Virus record (IMG/VR): IMGVR_UViG_3300030060_007423
Location: 64,001-128,000 of that record
DNA length: 64,000 nt
DNA from: a virus
Reading direction: 5' to 3' (one strand)
In this document: piece by piece, positions 19,500 to 30,493 of the stretch
Numbering within the stretch: the stretch's first letter is position 1
Layout of the letters: every line of letters begins with the position of its first letter
The notes under the pieces: model-generated
Seen by the model: the letters and a program-made list of their open reading frames with translations, nothing else
Database searches by the model: none
What the model was told of the DNA's origin: nothing
Position numbers and translations under genes: made by a program

Positions 19500-20464
19500 A
19501 AAAAACAGCATTAATTACAGGTATTAGTGGAATGGATGGAAGCCATTTGGCAGATTTTTTATTGTCAAAGAATTATGTAGTATATGGCATGGAGAGACGT
19601 TCATCCCATATAAATAATATCAACACATCTCACTTGGACGGAAAAATAACAATATTAACAGGTGATATGACAGACCAAAACTCACTAACAAGATGTCTTA
19701 AGGAATCAAATCCAGATGAAGTTTATAATCTTGCAGCACAATCATTTGTTGGTGAAAGTTGGAATACTCCTGAACAAACAAGCAATGTAACTGGTTTAGG
19801 TGTATTGAGAGTATTGGAGGCAATAAGAGAGTTTAATCCAAAAATTAGATTTTACCAAGCAAGTAGTTCTGAAATGTTTGGAAGAATGGTTGAAAATCCT
19901 GCAAAAGAAACAACTCCGTTTTATCCAAGAAGTCCTTATGGTGTATCAAAGTTATATGGCCATTGGATAACTAAAAACTATAGAGAGTCATATGATATGT
20001 ATGCATGTAGTGGAATACTTTTTAATCATGAAAGTGAAAGAAGAGGTATTGAATTTGTAACAAGAAAAATTTCAGACGGTGTTGCAAAAATACATTTAGG
20101 TTTAGCCAATGATATTACTTTAGGTAATTTAGATGCAGAAAGAGATTGGGGTTATGCACCTGATTATGTTGAAGCAATGTGGCTAATGTTACAACAGGAA
20201 ACTCCAGATGATTATGTTATTGCAACAGGTGAAAAACATTCAATTAAGGATTTTTTAGATGCTGCATTTAATCACGTTGGAATCAGAAAGTGGAAAACAT
20301 ATGTTAAACAAGACCCAAGATTTATGAGACCAGCTGAAGTTGATGTGTTAAGAGGTGATTATAGTAAAGCAAAGAAAGACTTAGGATGGTCACCAAAAAC
20401 TAATTTTGCAGAGTTAGTTGCAAAAATGGTTGATAATGATATAGAATTAAATCGTACAATTTAG
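19496..20464 (+). CDS. gmd: GDP-mannose 4,6-dehydratase
   Basis: ITGISGMDGS, YNLAAQSFV, QASSSEMFG, PRSPYGVSK, GILFNHES, RDWG. Confidence 0.95.
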   Translation: MKKTALITGISGMDGSHLADFLLSKNYVVYGMERRSSHINNINTSHLDGKITILTGDMTDQNSLTRCLKESNPDEVYNLAAQSFVGESWNTPEQTSNVTGLGVLRVLEAIREFNPKIRFYQASSSEMFGRMVENPAKETTPFYPRSPYGVSKLYGHWITKNYRESYDMYACSGILFNHESERRGIEFVTRKISDGVAKIHLGLANDITLGNLDAERDWGYAPDYVEAMWLMLQQETPDDYVIATGEKHSIKDFLDAAFNHVGIRKWKTYVKQDPRFMRPAEVDVLRGDYSKAKKDLGWSPKTNFAELVAKMVDNDIELNRTI

Positions 20465-20475
20465 AGGAAATTAAT

Positions 20476-21396
20476 ATGAAAAGAAAATTAAGATTTGTAG
20501 TTTGTGGTTGGTGGTTTGATGAATTTGATAATAAAAAAGGCCAAACGAGTTTTATTGAAGAACTAAAGGAATTTAATGACAAAAATGATTTTGTTGATGT
20601 ATTTTGGACATGTCATAAAACTCCACCAAAATTGATTAAAGATAATTTCAATTGGAAAGAATTTACTAATTTAGGATTGGAGTGGGGAGCTTACGACCAA
20701 GGGTGGAGACATATACAAGCTAATGATGGATTAGAGTCTTTTTCACCAGATGATATTATATTTTTTATGCAAGATGATATATTAATTCATGATTGGTCTT
20801 TTGTAAAAAAATGTATTGATTTAATTGAGTCAGGTGCAAAGGTTATAGGTAATGGTGCAAATTATCCATTATATTTTAATCCTCTTGATATACCACCAAT
20901 TAGTAAAAATTGGATCAATCCAACAAAGAGATGGGTTGATTATATACGTGAAGAAAATCATGATTTAATTGCTGGACCTTTACAGTCAATTTCTGTAAGA
21001 GGAAGCTTTGTTTGTTTAACACATGAATCAATGAGTACAATAGGTGGATTTGATTATGTAGACACACCACTACCAAACCATGCGTTAAGAACAGTACCAA
21101 AAGGTGCACCAGATGCTCATAAACATAATATCATGGTGTATGATAAAACTAAGGTACCTCAAGGAATTAATGTATTAGAAAAGCTTCAACTCACAAATGG
21201 CTTTGGAAATACCACAATGTATCTTAATGCATATAAATTTACAAAAATGCTTGGTGCACATACATTTAAGTATTTATCAGATACATACAGAAAATCGCCA
21301 TATATGACAGAATGTGGAAATGGAATGGTTGAATTACCACAGGAAGGTGGAAGAACTATTAGAATTCCAGTTAATGAAAGTTTTATAGCACGATAA
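20476..21396 (+). CDS. putative glycosyltransferase / hypothetical protein
   Basis: N.G.EWGAY, FFMQDD, IGGFD suggest a GT-A fold. Confidence 0.5.
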   Translation: MKRKLRFVVCGWWFDEFDNKKGQTSFIEELKEFNDKNDFVDVFWTCHKTPPKLIKDNFNWKEFTNLGLEWGAYDQGWRHIQANDGLESFSPDDIIFFMQDDILIHDWSFVKKCIDLIESGAKVIGNGANYPLYFNPLDIPPISKNWINPTKRWVDYIREENHDLIAGPLQSISVRGSFVCLTHESMSTIGGFDYVDTPLPNHALRTVPKGAPDAHKHNIMVYDKTKVPQGINVLEKLQLTNGFGNTTMYLNAYKFTKMLGAHTFKYLSDTYRKSPYMTECGNGMVELPQEGGRTIRIPVNESFIAR

Positions 21397-21432
21397 ATTT
21401 TTTATTGTCAAAAAAATTAGTTATATTATATT

Positions 21433-22638
21433 ATGAAAAAAATAAACGTACTAAAACCAAAATTTGAAACTGACAAGATATTAGAACAAATGCGAGAGTG
21501 TTTGGATTCTGGATGGACAGGTATGGGATTCAAAACTGTTGAGTTTGAAGAAAAGTGGAAAGAATATACTCAATTACCTCATGCACACTTCATTGCATCA
21601 AATACTGTAGGACTTCATTTGGCATTAAACCTTTTCAAAAATAAGGATGGTTGGAAAGATGGTGATGAAATAATTACTACTCCTCTTACATTTGTATCAA
21701 CAAACCATGCAATAATGTATGAAAGACTAAAACCAGTATTTGCAGATGTTGATAGTTCAATGTGTTTAGACCCAAAGTCAATTGAAGAAAATATTACTGA
21801 TAAAACAAGAGCTGTTTTATATGTTGGTATTGGTGGAAACACAGGACAATTATTGGAAGTACAGAGAATATGTGAAAAGCATAATGTAAGATTAATTTTA
21901 GATGCAGCTCATATGTCAGGAACTAAAATTAAAAATGTATTTATGGGTGTTGGTTATACAACTGAACATATTGGAAAAGAGGCAGACGTTACTATTTTTA
22001 GTTTTCAAGCTGTAAAGAATTTACCAACAGCAGATAGTGGAATGATATGCTTTAGTGATGAAGAAGACGATAAGCTAGTACGACAACTTTCATGGTTAGG
22101 AATTGATAAAGACACATATTCACGAAGTACTGAAGGTTCATATAAATGGAAATATGATGTACCAAACATTGGATTCAAATATCATGGAAATTCTATAATG
22201 GCATCAATAGGTTTAGTTCAGTTAGATAGGTTAGATGAAGACAATAAGTATAGAAATCAAATTGCAGATTGGTATACTGAATGTTTAACTGATGATTGGG
22301 GAAGACATGATCCTAGATGTATAGAAATCGTAAAAGACGATTTGTATGTTGCAATATCATCAAAACATTTATTTCAAATATTAGTACCAGCTGAGTGTCG
22401 TGACAATTTAATTGAATTATTGTATAGCAATGAAATATATCCAGGTGTACATTATATTGATAACACAAATTATCCAATGTATAGTGATAGTCATGGAAAA
22501 TGTCCAAATGCACATTCATATTCAAAAAGATTAATTACATTACCAATACATTTAGGTATAACTAAAAATGATGTAAAAAGAATATCACAGATTATAAAGG
22601 ATTGTAAATGGTTAGGAGATTGGAAATGGATAGGATAA
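21433..22638 (+). CDS. DegT/DnrJ/EryC1/StrS sugar aminotransferase
   Basis: TFVST, DAAH, FSFQAVKNL (PLP lysine), LITLP.H. Confidence 0.93.
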   Translation: MKKINVLKPKFETDKILEQMRECLDSGWTGMGFKTVEFEEKWKEYTQLPHAHFIASNTVGLHLALNLFKNKDGWKDGDEIITTPLTFVSTNHAIMYERLKPVFADVDSSMCLDPKSIEENITDKTRAVLYVGIGGNTGQLLEVQRICEKHNVRLILDAAHMSGTKIKNVFMGVGYTTEHIGKEADVTIFSFQAVKNLPTADSGMICFSDEEDDKLVRQLSWLGIDKDTYSRSTEGSYKWKYDVPNIGFKYHGNSIMASIGLVQLDRLDEDNKYRNQIADWYTECLTDDWGRHDPRCIEIVKDDLYVAISSKHLFQILVPAECRDNLIELLYSNEIYPGVHYIDNTNYPMYSDSHGKCPNAHSYSKRLITLPIHLGITKNDVKRISQIIKDCKWLGDWKWIG

Positions 22639-23810
22639 CATTTTGTATACCAAGTAAAAGTAACTTAAGATATCTTAAAGCATGCATTCCATCAATTAGG
22701 GAAAATGCACATAGAAAAGACCATGATATTGTTGTTTTTGTTGATAGTGATGAAGATGGAACAGTTGAATGGTTAAAGGAAGTTAAAGACGATTACAATA
22801 TATCTTATCATGTAAATCCTGATTTAGGAAAGAGCTTATATGGTATTGGAATGGCATATGATTATTGTATTGAAAAATCAACAACTGATATCTTTATGAT
22901 TTTTCATGCAGACATGATGCTAGCTAAAGATGCTGATTTAATAGCTTGGAAACAACTTAAAGAAAAGCATGTTGTTTGTTCAACAAGAATTGAACCACCT
23001 ATCCATCCAAATGCAGGTGAAAAAATATTAGTTGATTTTGGTATGTGGCCAGAAGACTTTATGTCAAAAGAATTTGACAATTATGTAAAGTTAGCAAAAG
23101 AAAAATATGGTGATAAAACTACAGAAGGAATATTTGCTCCTTGGATGATGTATAAATCAGATTTTCTAAAAATAGGTGGACATGATAAAATATTACATTC
23201 TTGTAGAGAAGATAGTGATGTATTTAATAGAATGCATTTGGCAGGATATAATTTTATTCAAAGTTGGCAAAGTTTTGTTTATCACTTAACAGGAAGAGGA
23301 GCTGGTAGTTTTGATGGAGATGAAGAGAGACATAAAAATTGGCAACATATGATGACAAATTCAACTAGAGAATTTATTAGAAAATGGGGAACAGGTGTTC
23401 AACATGATGCACTAATGAAACCTTTAGTTTCTAAAAAATACAACATTTCATTTGTCATTGAAAATTGTAGTGATGCACATGTGCAATTGCTTTATCATGT
23501 TGAACCTTGGTGCGATAGTGTATATTGTAATGAATCAATTGGTAAAAAATATATAGAGTTAGAACAAAATAATACATCATTTGATTTAACAAAAAGATTA
23601 AAAAGTATAACATCACAACCAACTGAGAATGTTATTGTAAAGTTTGATTCACAACATCTTAGTACACAGGAAAGATTTAACTTTTTAACTCAGCTTTCAA
23701 ATATATTGACTGATAGCGGCCAAGTTGGACACATGAAATATGATATATTTGATATTGAAATTAAATCATTAGATACATACGAAAATGAGTTAATAAATGT
23801 CAAGAATTAA
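22626..23810 (+). CDS. GT2 glycosyltransferase
   Basis: DGT, HADM, IGGHD…EDSD, VYH; paralog of 18627. Confidence 0.85.
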   Translation: MDRITFCIPSKSNLRYLKACIPSIRENAHRKDHDIVVFVDSDEDGTVEWLKEVKDDYNISYHVNPDLGKSLYGIGMAYDYCIEKSTTDIFMIFHADMMLAKDADLIAWKQLKEKHVVCSTRIEPPIHPNAGEKILVDFGMWPEDFMSKEFDNYVKLAKEKYGDKTTEGIFAPWMMYKSDFLKIGGHDKILHSCREDSDVFNRMHLAGYNFIQSWQSFVYHLTGRGAGSFDGDEERHKNWQHMMTNSTREFIRKWGTGVQHDALMKPLVSKKYNISFVIENCSDAHVQLLYHVEPWCDSVYCNESIGKKYIELEQNNTSFDLTKRLKSITSQPTENVIVKFDSQHLSTQERFNFLTQLSNILTDSGQVGHMKYDIFDIEIKSLDTYENELINVKN

Positions 23811-23967
23811 ACAAATAGAAAAAAGATTAGATTACCTAAAGACTGAAGTTGTTCATGCACCTAGATTGGATGGTTGGACTCTAAATGGCCATAGGGAAGA
23901 AATTAAAAAGTTAATACAGGAACTAAAAGAAATACAGGAGAAAACTGATGACAAAGATAATAGCTGA
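23797..23967 (+). CDS. small hypothetical protein (56 aa)
   Basis: MSRIKQIEKRLDYLK… fills the gap between GT2 and neuB; below track cutoff. Confidence 0.55.
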   Translation: MSRIKQIEKRLDYLKTEVVHAPRLDGWTLNGHREEIKKLIQELKEIQEKTDDKDNS

Positions 23968-24748
23968 AATAGGTTGGAATCATATGGGCGATATGAAACT
24001 TGCTAAAGAAATGATTAAGGCTGCAAAGGATTCTGGTGCAGATTTTGCAAAGTTTCAAACGTGGTCTGTTGATAGATTAAAGCCAGGACCTTGGAATGAA
24101 GATGGAAGAATTGATATATACAAGAAAGCAGAATTGACTCGTGAAAATCATGAAGAGTTAATATCATATTGTAATGAAGTTGGAATTGAATTTATGTCAT
24201 CAGTATTTAGTATTGCAGACGCACAATTACTTGTTGATTTAGATATTAAGACTGTTAAGATTCCAAGTATGGAATGTAGAAATGTTGAACTTGTTAAGTT
24301 TTGCAATGAACACTTTGAATCTATTTATATGTCAACAGGTGCATCAACATTAAAAGAGGTATGTGATAGTGTTGATTTGATTGATAAGCCATTATTTTTA
24401 ATGCATTGTGTATCGTCATACCCATGTGAAATTGAAAATGCAAACTTAAATAAGATTTTTGGACTAAAGGGAATATGTCCTACTGTTGGATATAGTGATC
24501 ACTGTTTAGGTACAGACGTTGCAAAGTATGCTATAGAATATGGAATAAATGTTGTTGAAAAACATTTTACAACAGATACTTCACTTCCGGGTAGAGACAA
24601 CCAATTTGCAATAACTCCACCAGAATTAAAAAATCTTAAACAGTGGATTGACAATAAATCTCTTGCACAACAATATGTTGCACGTGATTATTTACCAGTT
24701 GAAGAAGAAGTAAGAAAAGTTTATCATGGAAGATTTAACAATGAATAA
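23948..24748 (+). CDS. neuB: NeuB-family nonulosonic acid synthase, lacking C-terminal AFP/SAF domain
   Basis: IIAEIGWNH.G, KFQ, KIPS, STG, HCVSSYP, GYSDH, EKHFT. Confidence 0.9.
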   Translation: MTKIIAEIGWNHMGDMKLAKEMIKAAKDSGADFAKFQTWSVDRLKPGPWNEDGRIDIYKKAELTRENHEELISYCNEVGIEFMSSVFSIADAQLLVDLDIKTVKIPSMECRNVELVKFCNEHFESIYMSTGASTLKEVCDSVDLIDKPLFLMHCVSSYPCEIENANLNKIFGLKGICPTVGYSDHCLGTDVAKYAIEYGINVVEKHFTTDTSLPGRDNQFAITPPELKNLKQWIDNKSLAQQYVARDYLPVEEEVRKVYHGRFNNE

Positions 24749-25445
24749 TAAAAACATATTAGGTGTAACATTGGCACGTGGTGGTTCAAAGGGTATACCA
24801 AAAAAGAACATATACCCAGTCAATGGAAAGCCACTAATATCATATACGATTGAAGCAGCATTAAAAACAAAACTTTTTAGTCCGTACATTGTAAGTACAG
24901 ATTCACAAGAAATTGCAGATGTTGCTGAAAGCTATGGTGCACAAATACCGTTCTTAAGACCAGACGAATTATCTGGTGATACGGTTTGGTCAAGAGATGC
25001 ACTAAAGCATGCAGTTTTAGAATGTGAAAGAATTTATAATACAACATATGACTGGGTTGTAGAATTACCATGTGTATCACCATTAAGAAACAGTCAACAT
25101 ATTTTTGATGCTATTAATATATTAACAACAGGTGAGTATGATAGTGTTACTTCAGTTGCACAAATGCAAGACAAACACCCAGTTAGAATGAAAAGAATTG
25201 TTGATGGAATGTTAAAAGATTTCTGTAAGGAATTTCCAGAAGGTGAAGGTAGTAGGCGACAAGACTTAGAACCATGTTATATTAGAAATGGTGCAATATA
25301 TGCAATGACTCGTGATTGTATTGTAAATGATTTTTCAAGACATGGCAAAAAATGTTATGCATTTGTAATGGATGATGATTCATCTATAAATGTTGATACA
25401 ATGCATGACTTAAAACTTGCAGAAATAATTTTAGGGAGTAAGTAA
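24741..25445 (+). CDS. neuA: acylneuraminate cytidylyltransferase
   Basis: ARGGSKGIPKKN, STDS, RP.EL, SPLR, NGAIY, VD…D. Confidence 0.9.
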   Translation: MNNKNILGVTLARGGSKGIPKKNIYPVNGKPLISYTIEAALKTKLFSPYIVSTDSQEIADVAESYGAQIPFLRPDELSGDTVWSRDALKHAVLECERIYNTTYDWVVELPCVSPLRNSQHIFDAINILTTGEYDSVTSVAQMQDKHPVRMKRIVDGMLKDFCKEFPEGEGSRRQDLEPCYIRNGAIYAMTRDCIVNDFSRHGKKCYAFVMDDDSSINVDTMHDLKLAEIILGSK

Positions 25446-26347
25446 TGAATGTAATAATAGATTGTCCTACTGATTTTTTATCTTTGAAAGCTTTTATGAA
25501 AAAGCACAATATTAGTGAATCTGAAGACCCGGATTGTATCATAGTCAATCCAGGAACTGACGAGTATCTAGATGAAAAATATTTTTCTAATTTTGAAAAC
25601 TTAAAGGTTGTAGGAACACCATCAACAGGTGTTAATCACATTGATACAAAATATTTAGAGGGTAGGAACATAAAAACATTTTGTTTACTTGATGATAGAA
25701 TTGGTTTAGAATCAATAACAGCTTCAGCAGAATTTACATGGCTACATATAATGAATGCATTTAGAAAATTTAATCTTGCATTGGAATATGTTGGTGATTG
25801 GAGGGATGATGAAAATGAACACTTTTTAAGGTCAAATGAATTAAGTGGAAAAAACATATTAATTATTGGTCTAGGTAGAATTGGTAGAAAGATTAAGAAA
25901 TATGCAAATGCATTTGAAATGAATGTTGATTGGTATGACCCATACATTGATGTTACATCAAAAAACCATATTGGTTCTCTTAGGGATTTATCCAAATATG
26001 ATGTAATATCAATAAACTGTTACTTAACAGATGAAACTACTGGAATGATAGATAAGAGACTTTTATCAACTACAAAAAGTAATGCACTTATTGTAAATAC
26101 ATCAAGAGGTGAAGTTGTTAAGGAAGATGATATTTGTACACTTATTAAAAATGGAAAAATTATTTATAGTTGTGATGTTCTATGTAATGAACAAAATGTT
26201 GAAAAATTAAAAGAATCTGAACTATTCAAATTAAATGGACAATATGATAATTTAACAATCACACCACATGTAGCTGGTGCAACTATTGAAAGTCAAACAA
26301 AGGCATTGGAGTCAATTATAAAGTTATGCAAAAAATACTTATCATAG
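25445..26347 (+). CDS. D-isomer-specific 2-hydroxyacid dehydrogenase (SerA-like)
   Basis: TGVNHID, AE, IIGLGRIG, NTSRG, TPHVAG. Confidence 0.9.
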   Translation: MNVIIDCPTDFLSLKAFMKKHNISESEDPDCIIVNPGTDEYLDEKYFSNFENLKVVGTPSTGVNHIDTKYLEGRNIKTFCLLDDRIGLESITASAEFTWLHIMNAFRKFNLALEYVGDWRDDENEHFLRSNELSGKNILIIGLGRIGRKIKKYANAFEMNVDWYDPYIDVTSKNHIGSLRDLSKYDVISINCYLTDETTGMIDKRLLSTTKSNALIVNTSRGEVVKEDDICTLIKNGKIIYSCDVLCNEQNVEKLKESELFKLNGQYDNLTITPHVAGATIESQTKALESIIKLCKKYLS

Positions 26348-26958
26348 GAAATTCGCCAAGAGTACTAACTCAAAAATTTGGTAAAATAATAGATACTGAA
26401 TTTGATGAAGTTGTAAGGGTAAATAGATTTAAGACAGATGGATTTGAAGAATTTATTGGTGAACGTGTTGATACTTGGTCATTAAGTGATGAGTGGGTAT
26501 ATGATTATATGGATAAGCCATATAATTTAACACCAAGAGATATTAGTAACATTAACAAATTAATAATATCTACACCAGGTTTCAAATATGAATATGTAAC
26601 AGATAATCTTAAATTAGATTTTCAAGCATTTAAGAAATCTTTACCTTCTGTAGTAATTAAAAAAAATGTTGAAGAAAGAATTAATTCAATTTTAGATATT
26701 AATATGTCACCTGATGGACCTTGGGCAACTACTGGTTTATTAACTATTCAGTGGGCAATTGATAATTATGATGATGTTTATATTCATGGCTTTGACTGTT
26801 ATTTTACACATGAAAACATGCATTACTTTGAAGACAATAGAAAAAGTGATAGGGTATTTACAGGAAAAGAACATGACCCAGAAAAAGAAAAGCATTATCT
26901 TGACTTATTAATAAAGACAGGACAAATAAAGACGATTGAAAATGAATACAGTATTTAA
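26326..26958 (+). CDS. GT29-family sialyltransferase-like protein
   Basis: Sialylmotif L (IIGNS…G.IID…VVRVN), S (TTG…A…D.V.I.GF), III (HYFE) and VS (HDPEKE). Confidence 0.82.
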   Translation: MQKILIIGNSPRVLTQKFGKIIDTEFDEVVRVNRFKTDGFEEFIGERVDTWSLSDEWVYDYMDKPYNLTPRDISNINKLIISTPGFKYEYVTDNLKLDFQAFKKSLPSVVIKKNVEERINSILDINMSPDGPWATTGLLTIQWAIDNYDDVYIHGFDCYFTHENMHYFEDNRKSDRVFTGKEHDPEKEKHYLDLLIKTGQIKTIENEYSI

Positions 26959-27613
26959 CAAAGATTATTTCAAAAATAGAAATTGCAACGATGATAAAAG
27001 AATGTTAGCATTTGAATCAGAGTTTGATTTTGTGATTAAACATACTGGTAGAAATCCAGGTGCATTATTAGATGTTGGATGTTCAACTGGTGAAATGATT
27101 AAATTTTGGAAAGGTATGGGACTTGAAACAAAGTTATGTTATGGTATGGAAATTTCAGACCATGCAAAAAGTGTTGCAAAAAAGAATGGCGTAAAATTCA
27201 ATAAACATCTTTTTAATTCAAAAGACTATTTTTCAACTATAGTTTTTAGAGGTACTATTCAACATGTAGATACTCCATTTCTTTATATGAAAAAAGCATA
27301 TGAATCATTAAATAAAGGTGGAAAGGTTGTTTTCTTAGCAACTCCTAATGCAAATAGTTTATATTTTAAGTTATGGAAAACACTTCCATTTCTTGATTAC
27401 CCAGAAACAAATTATTATATACCATCTGATGTTTGGTTAGAGCAAGCAATGAAAAATTTTGGATTTAAGTTGGTTGAAAAGCGATACCCATATATTGATT
27501 CACCATATTCTAATCCAATAGTTGACCACATAAAGTTTTACTTAAAGCTTTTTGGTGTTAATGTTAAATTTCCATTTTGGAGAAATAGCATGGATTTAAT
27601 ATTCGAGAAATAA
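26942..27613 (+). CDS. class I SAM-dependent methyltransferase
   Basis: LDVGCSTG, G.EIS, QH, L.KGG…TPN. Confidence 0.88.
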   Translation: MNTVFNKDYFKNRNCNDDKRMLAFESEFDFVIKHTGRNPGALLDVGCSTGEMIKFWKGMGLETKLCYGMEISDHAKSVAKKNGVKFNKHLFNSKDYFSTIVFRGTIQHVDTPFLYMKKAYESLNKGGKVVFLATPNANSLYFKLWKTLPFLDYPETNYYIPSDVWLEQAMKNFGFKLVEKRYPYIDSPYSNPIVDHIKFYLKLFGVNVKFPFWRNSMDLIFEK

Positions 27614-27615
27614 TT

Positions 27616-28926
27616 ATGCTAAAATTAATCAATGAATTATATCCAATATGCAGAAGTATTACTGGTGAAGGATTAAGAAAGTCACTTAAAATCATTTCAT
27701 CAAAGTTTAATACTAAAATGCAAATACACTCAGTACCATCAGGAACAGAAGTGTTTGATTGGGTTGTTCCAAATGAATGGAATATTCGTGATGCATGGGT
27801 AAAAGACCCGTTTGGAAATAAGATTATTGATTTTAACGATAGCAATTTACATGTCATGGGATATAGTGAACCTATTGATAAACATTTATCATGGAAAGAG
27901 CTTGATAAAAAACTTTATTGTGGAATTATGCCAAAGAGAATACCATATAGAACTTCATATTATAAGAGAGACTGGGGATTTTGTACAGGATTGCAAATGC
28001 CAGATTGGGAAGGCACACAATCAGGTTTAGTTGGAAAGACTGGAAAATACAAGGACTTAAAAGAATCTGATTGCAAATACCATGCATACATTGATTCAAC
28101 ACTGGAACCAGGACATCTTAATTATGGTGAAGTTGTAATTCCAGGAAAGTCTAATCAAGAAATATTATTTAGTACATATTTGTGTCATCCATCAATGTGT
28201 AATGACAATTTAAGTGGACCTGCAATACATACTAAATTAATTAAGAAGTTAGAAAGAACAGAAAATTTCTATACATATAGATTTATATTCATACCTGAAA
28301 CTATTGGTGCAATATGTTGGTTACATAAAAACCAAAAGGATTTAAGTAAATATGTTGGTGGCTTTGTGACTACTTGTGCAGGTGATGATGGACCTGTAAC
28401 ATATAAAAAGACAAGAAGTGGCTCAATTATAGATGATGTAGTACAATATGTTTTAGATGATTATGATTATTCATATATTAGAGATTACTCACCGTTAGGT
28501 AGTGATGAAAGACAATTTAGTTCACCAGGTTTTGACATGCCTATAGGTACACTTATGAGAACACCACCAGGTGAATTTTCAGAGTATCACAATTCTGATG
28601 ATAATATTGATTTTATATCAGAAGAGAAATTAAATGAAATTTATAGCATTTATTCAAAAATTATAGTTATATTAGAAAAAGATTATAGGTATCTATCATC
28701 AAACCTACGGTGTGAACCTAATTTTGGAAAGAGGGATTTATACAATAGGGTTGGTGCAACAACATTGGAAGATGATATTAAAGCATATAAGTGGATAATG
28801 AATTACTCAGATGGACATCATACATTATTTGATATTGCAAAACTAAGTAACTTTAGTTTTACTCAAATTTTAAGTTGTTCAGAAACGTTAGAAAAAAAGG
28901 GATTGATAACAAAATGTATAAAATAA
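27616..28926 (+). CDS. DUF4910 aminopeptidase-like polysaccharide biosynthesis protein
   Basis: RSITGEG, FDWVVP.EW, TSYY, CHPSMCNDNLSG, PETIG, GSDERQF. Confidence 0.88.
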   Translation: MLKLINELYPICRSITGEGLRKSLKIISSKFNTKMQIHSVPSGTEVFDWVVPNEWNIRDAWVKDPFGNKIIDFNDSNLHVMGYSEPIDKHLSWKELDKKLYCGIMPKRIPYRTSYYKRDWGFCTGLQMPDWEGTQSGLVGKTGKYKDLKESDCKYHAYIDSTLEPGHLNYGEVVIPGKSNQEILFSTYLCHPSMCNDNLSGPAIHTKLIKKLERTENFYTYRFIFIPETIGAICWLHKNQKDLSKYVGGFVTTCAGDDGPVTYKKTRSGSIIDDVVQYVLDDYDYSYIRDYSPLGSDERQFSSPGFDMPIGTLMRTPPGEFSEYHNSDDNIDFISEEKLNEIYSIYSKIIVILEKDYRYLSSNLRCEPNFGKRDLYNRVGATTLEDDIKAYKWIMNYSDGHHTLFDIAKLSNFSFTQILSCSETLEKKGLITKCIK

Positions 28927-29594
28927 CAGTTGCTATTTGTTGCTATAAGCAAAAAGATTGGTTACATAGATGTTTAAGAAGTTTATCTTCCCAAACAATA
29001 CCAAAGAATGATTTTGAAGTTGTCATAGTGAATGATGACCCATGTGAAAGATTAGATTATATTTGTGATAACTTTAAGGATTTCATAAATATTAGATTAA
29101 TCAATAACGAAGAAAATTTAGGATTACCTAAATCACTAAATAAAATATTGTCAGCATCTTTAGGAAAATATTTTGTTAGGGTTGATAGTGATGATTATGT
29201 ATCAAGTGATTTTTTGTATATGCTATCAACATTTTTAGATATAAACCTATCTGCAAGTCCAAGGGTGTCAGGTGAAGATACTTTCTATCAAGGAGTAGCT
29301 TGTGACTATTTTAAGGTTGGACCTACAGGTGAAGTACTTAGCAGACATTCATCTGAAAAAGAACCTGTTGCTTGTGGAATAATGTTTACATATGAATCAT
29401 TATGTGAAATAGGATTTTATGATGAAAACTTTAAGATGAGAGAAGGTCATGATTTACTAAGTAGATTTAACAAATCATATAAGATTTACAATTTACCTGT
29501 ACCATTATATAAGTATAGAATGCATGACAATAATAGAACAAATAATACTACTGAAGTTAAGAAGTATGATAAAAAATTAGGAGTAAATATATGA
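28914..29594 (+). CDS. GT2 glycosyltransferase
   Basis: Q…FEVVIVND, N.GL..SLN, RVDSDD. Confidence 0.88.
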   Translation: MYKITVAICCYKQKDWLHRCLRSLSSQTIPKNDFEVVIVNDDPCERLDYICDNFKDFINIRLINNEENLGLPKSLNKILSASLGKYFVRVDSDDYVSSDFLYMLSTFLDINLSASPRVSGEDTFYQGVACDYFKVGPTGEVLSRHSSEKEPVACGIMFTYESLCEIGFYDENFKMREGHDLLSRFNKSYKIYNLPVPLYKYRMHDNNRTNNTTEVKKYDKKLGVNI

Positions 29595-30493
29595 AAGTAT
29601 TAGTAACAGGAGGAGCTGGATTTATTGGTTCAAATCTAGTCGACAGATTAATTGATAAAGGCCATGATGTAACAATTATTGACAATATGTCAACAGGCCA
29701 TGAAAAGAATATAAACAAAAAAGCAAAGTTTGTACTTTGTGACATGTTTTCAGATATTAAATTACTTGAAGAATCCATGAAAGGTATTGAAGTTGTTTTT
29801 CATTTAGCCGCATTAGCAAGAGTACAACCATCAATTGAAAATCCATTACCTTTTAATGATGCAAATATTACAGGTACATTAAATGTATTGTTTGCTGCAC
29901 ATAAGGCAGGTGTAAGACGTGTAGTATATAGTGCAAGTAGTTCAGCTTATGGAGATGCAGAAAGAATGCCTCAACTGGAAACTGACTCTACAAATCCACT
30001 ATCACCTTATGGGTTACAAAAGTTTGTTGGTGAACAGTACTGTAAAATGTTTAGTGAAGTTTATGGGTTAGATACATGCTCTCTTAGATACTTTAATGTG
30101 TATGGTGAAAGAATGAATTTTGAAGGAGCATATAAAACAGTTGTTGCAGTATTTACTGAACAGTCACTAAATGGTGAAAAGTTAAATATTGTAAATGATG
30201 GTGAACAAAGAAGAGACTTTACATATGTTGGTGATGTATGCCAAGCCAATATACTTGCAGGTTTACATACTGATAGATTAGAAGGTAATGTATTTAATAT
30301 TGGAAACGGTGATAACTTTTCAGTTAATGAATTGGCTAAAATGTTTGAACGACCAGTTAAGTATGGTGAAAAAAGAATTGAACCATTTGAAACTTTAGCA
30401 GATAATACAAAAGCAAGAAATGTTTTAGGTTGGAATCCAACTGGTGATTTACCAAATTGGATAAAAAATTATCGTAATGAATTAGGAATATGA
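29591..30493 (+). CDS. NAD-dependent nucleotide-sugar epimerase/dehydratase
   Basis: TGGAGFIGS, HLAA, SSS.YG, YGLQK, RYFNVYG, RDFTYV. Confidence 0.93.
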   Translation: MKVLVTGGAGFIGSNLVDRLIDKGHDVTIIDNMSTGHEKNINKKAKFVLCDMFSDIKLLEESMKGIEVVFHLAALARVQPSIENPLPFNDANITGTLNVLFAAHKAGVRRVVYSASSSAYGDAERMPQLETDSTNPLSPYGLQKFVGEQYCKMFSEVYGLDTCSLRYFNVYGERMNFEGAYKTVVAVFTEQSLNGEKLNIVNDGEQRRDFTYVGDVCQANILAGLHTDRLEGNVFNIGNGDNFSVNELAKMFERPVKYGEKRIEPFETLADNTKARNVLGWNPTGDLPNWIKNYRNELGI

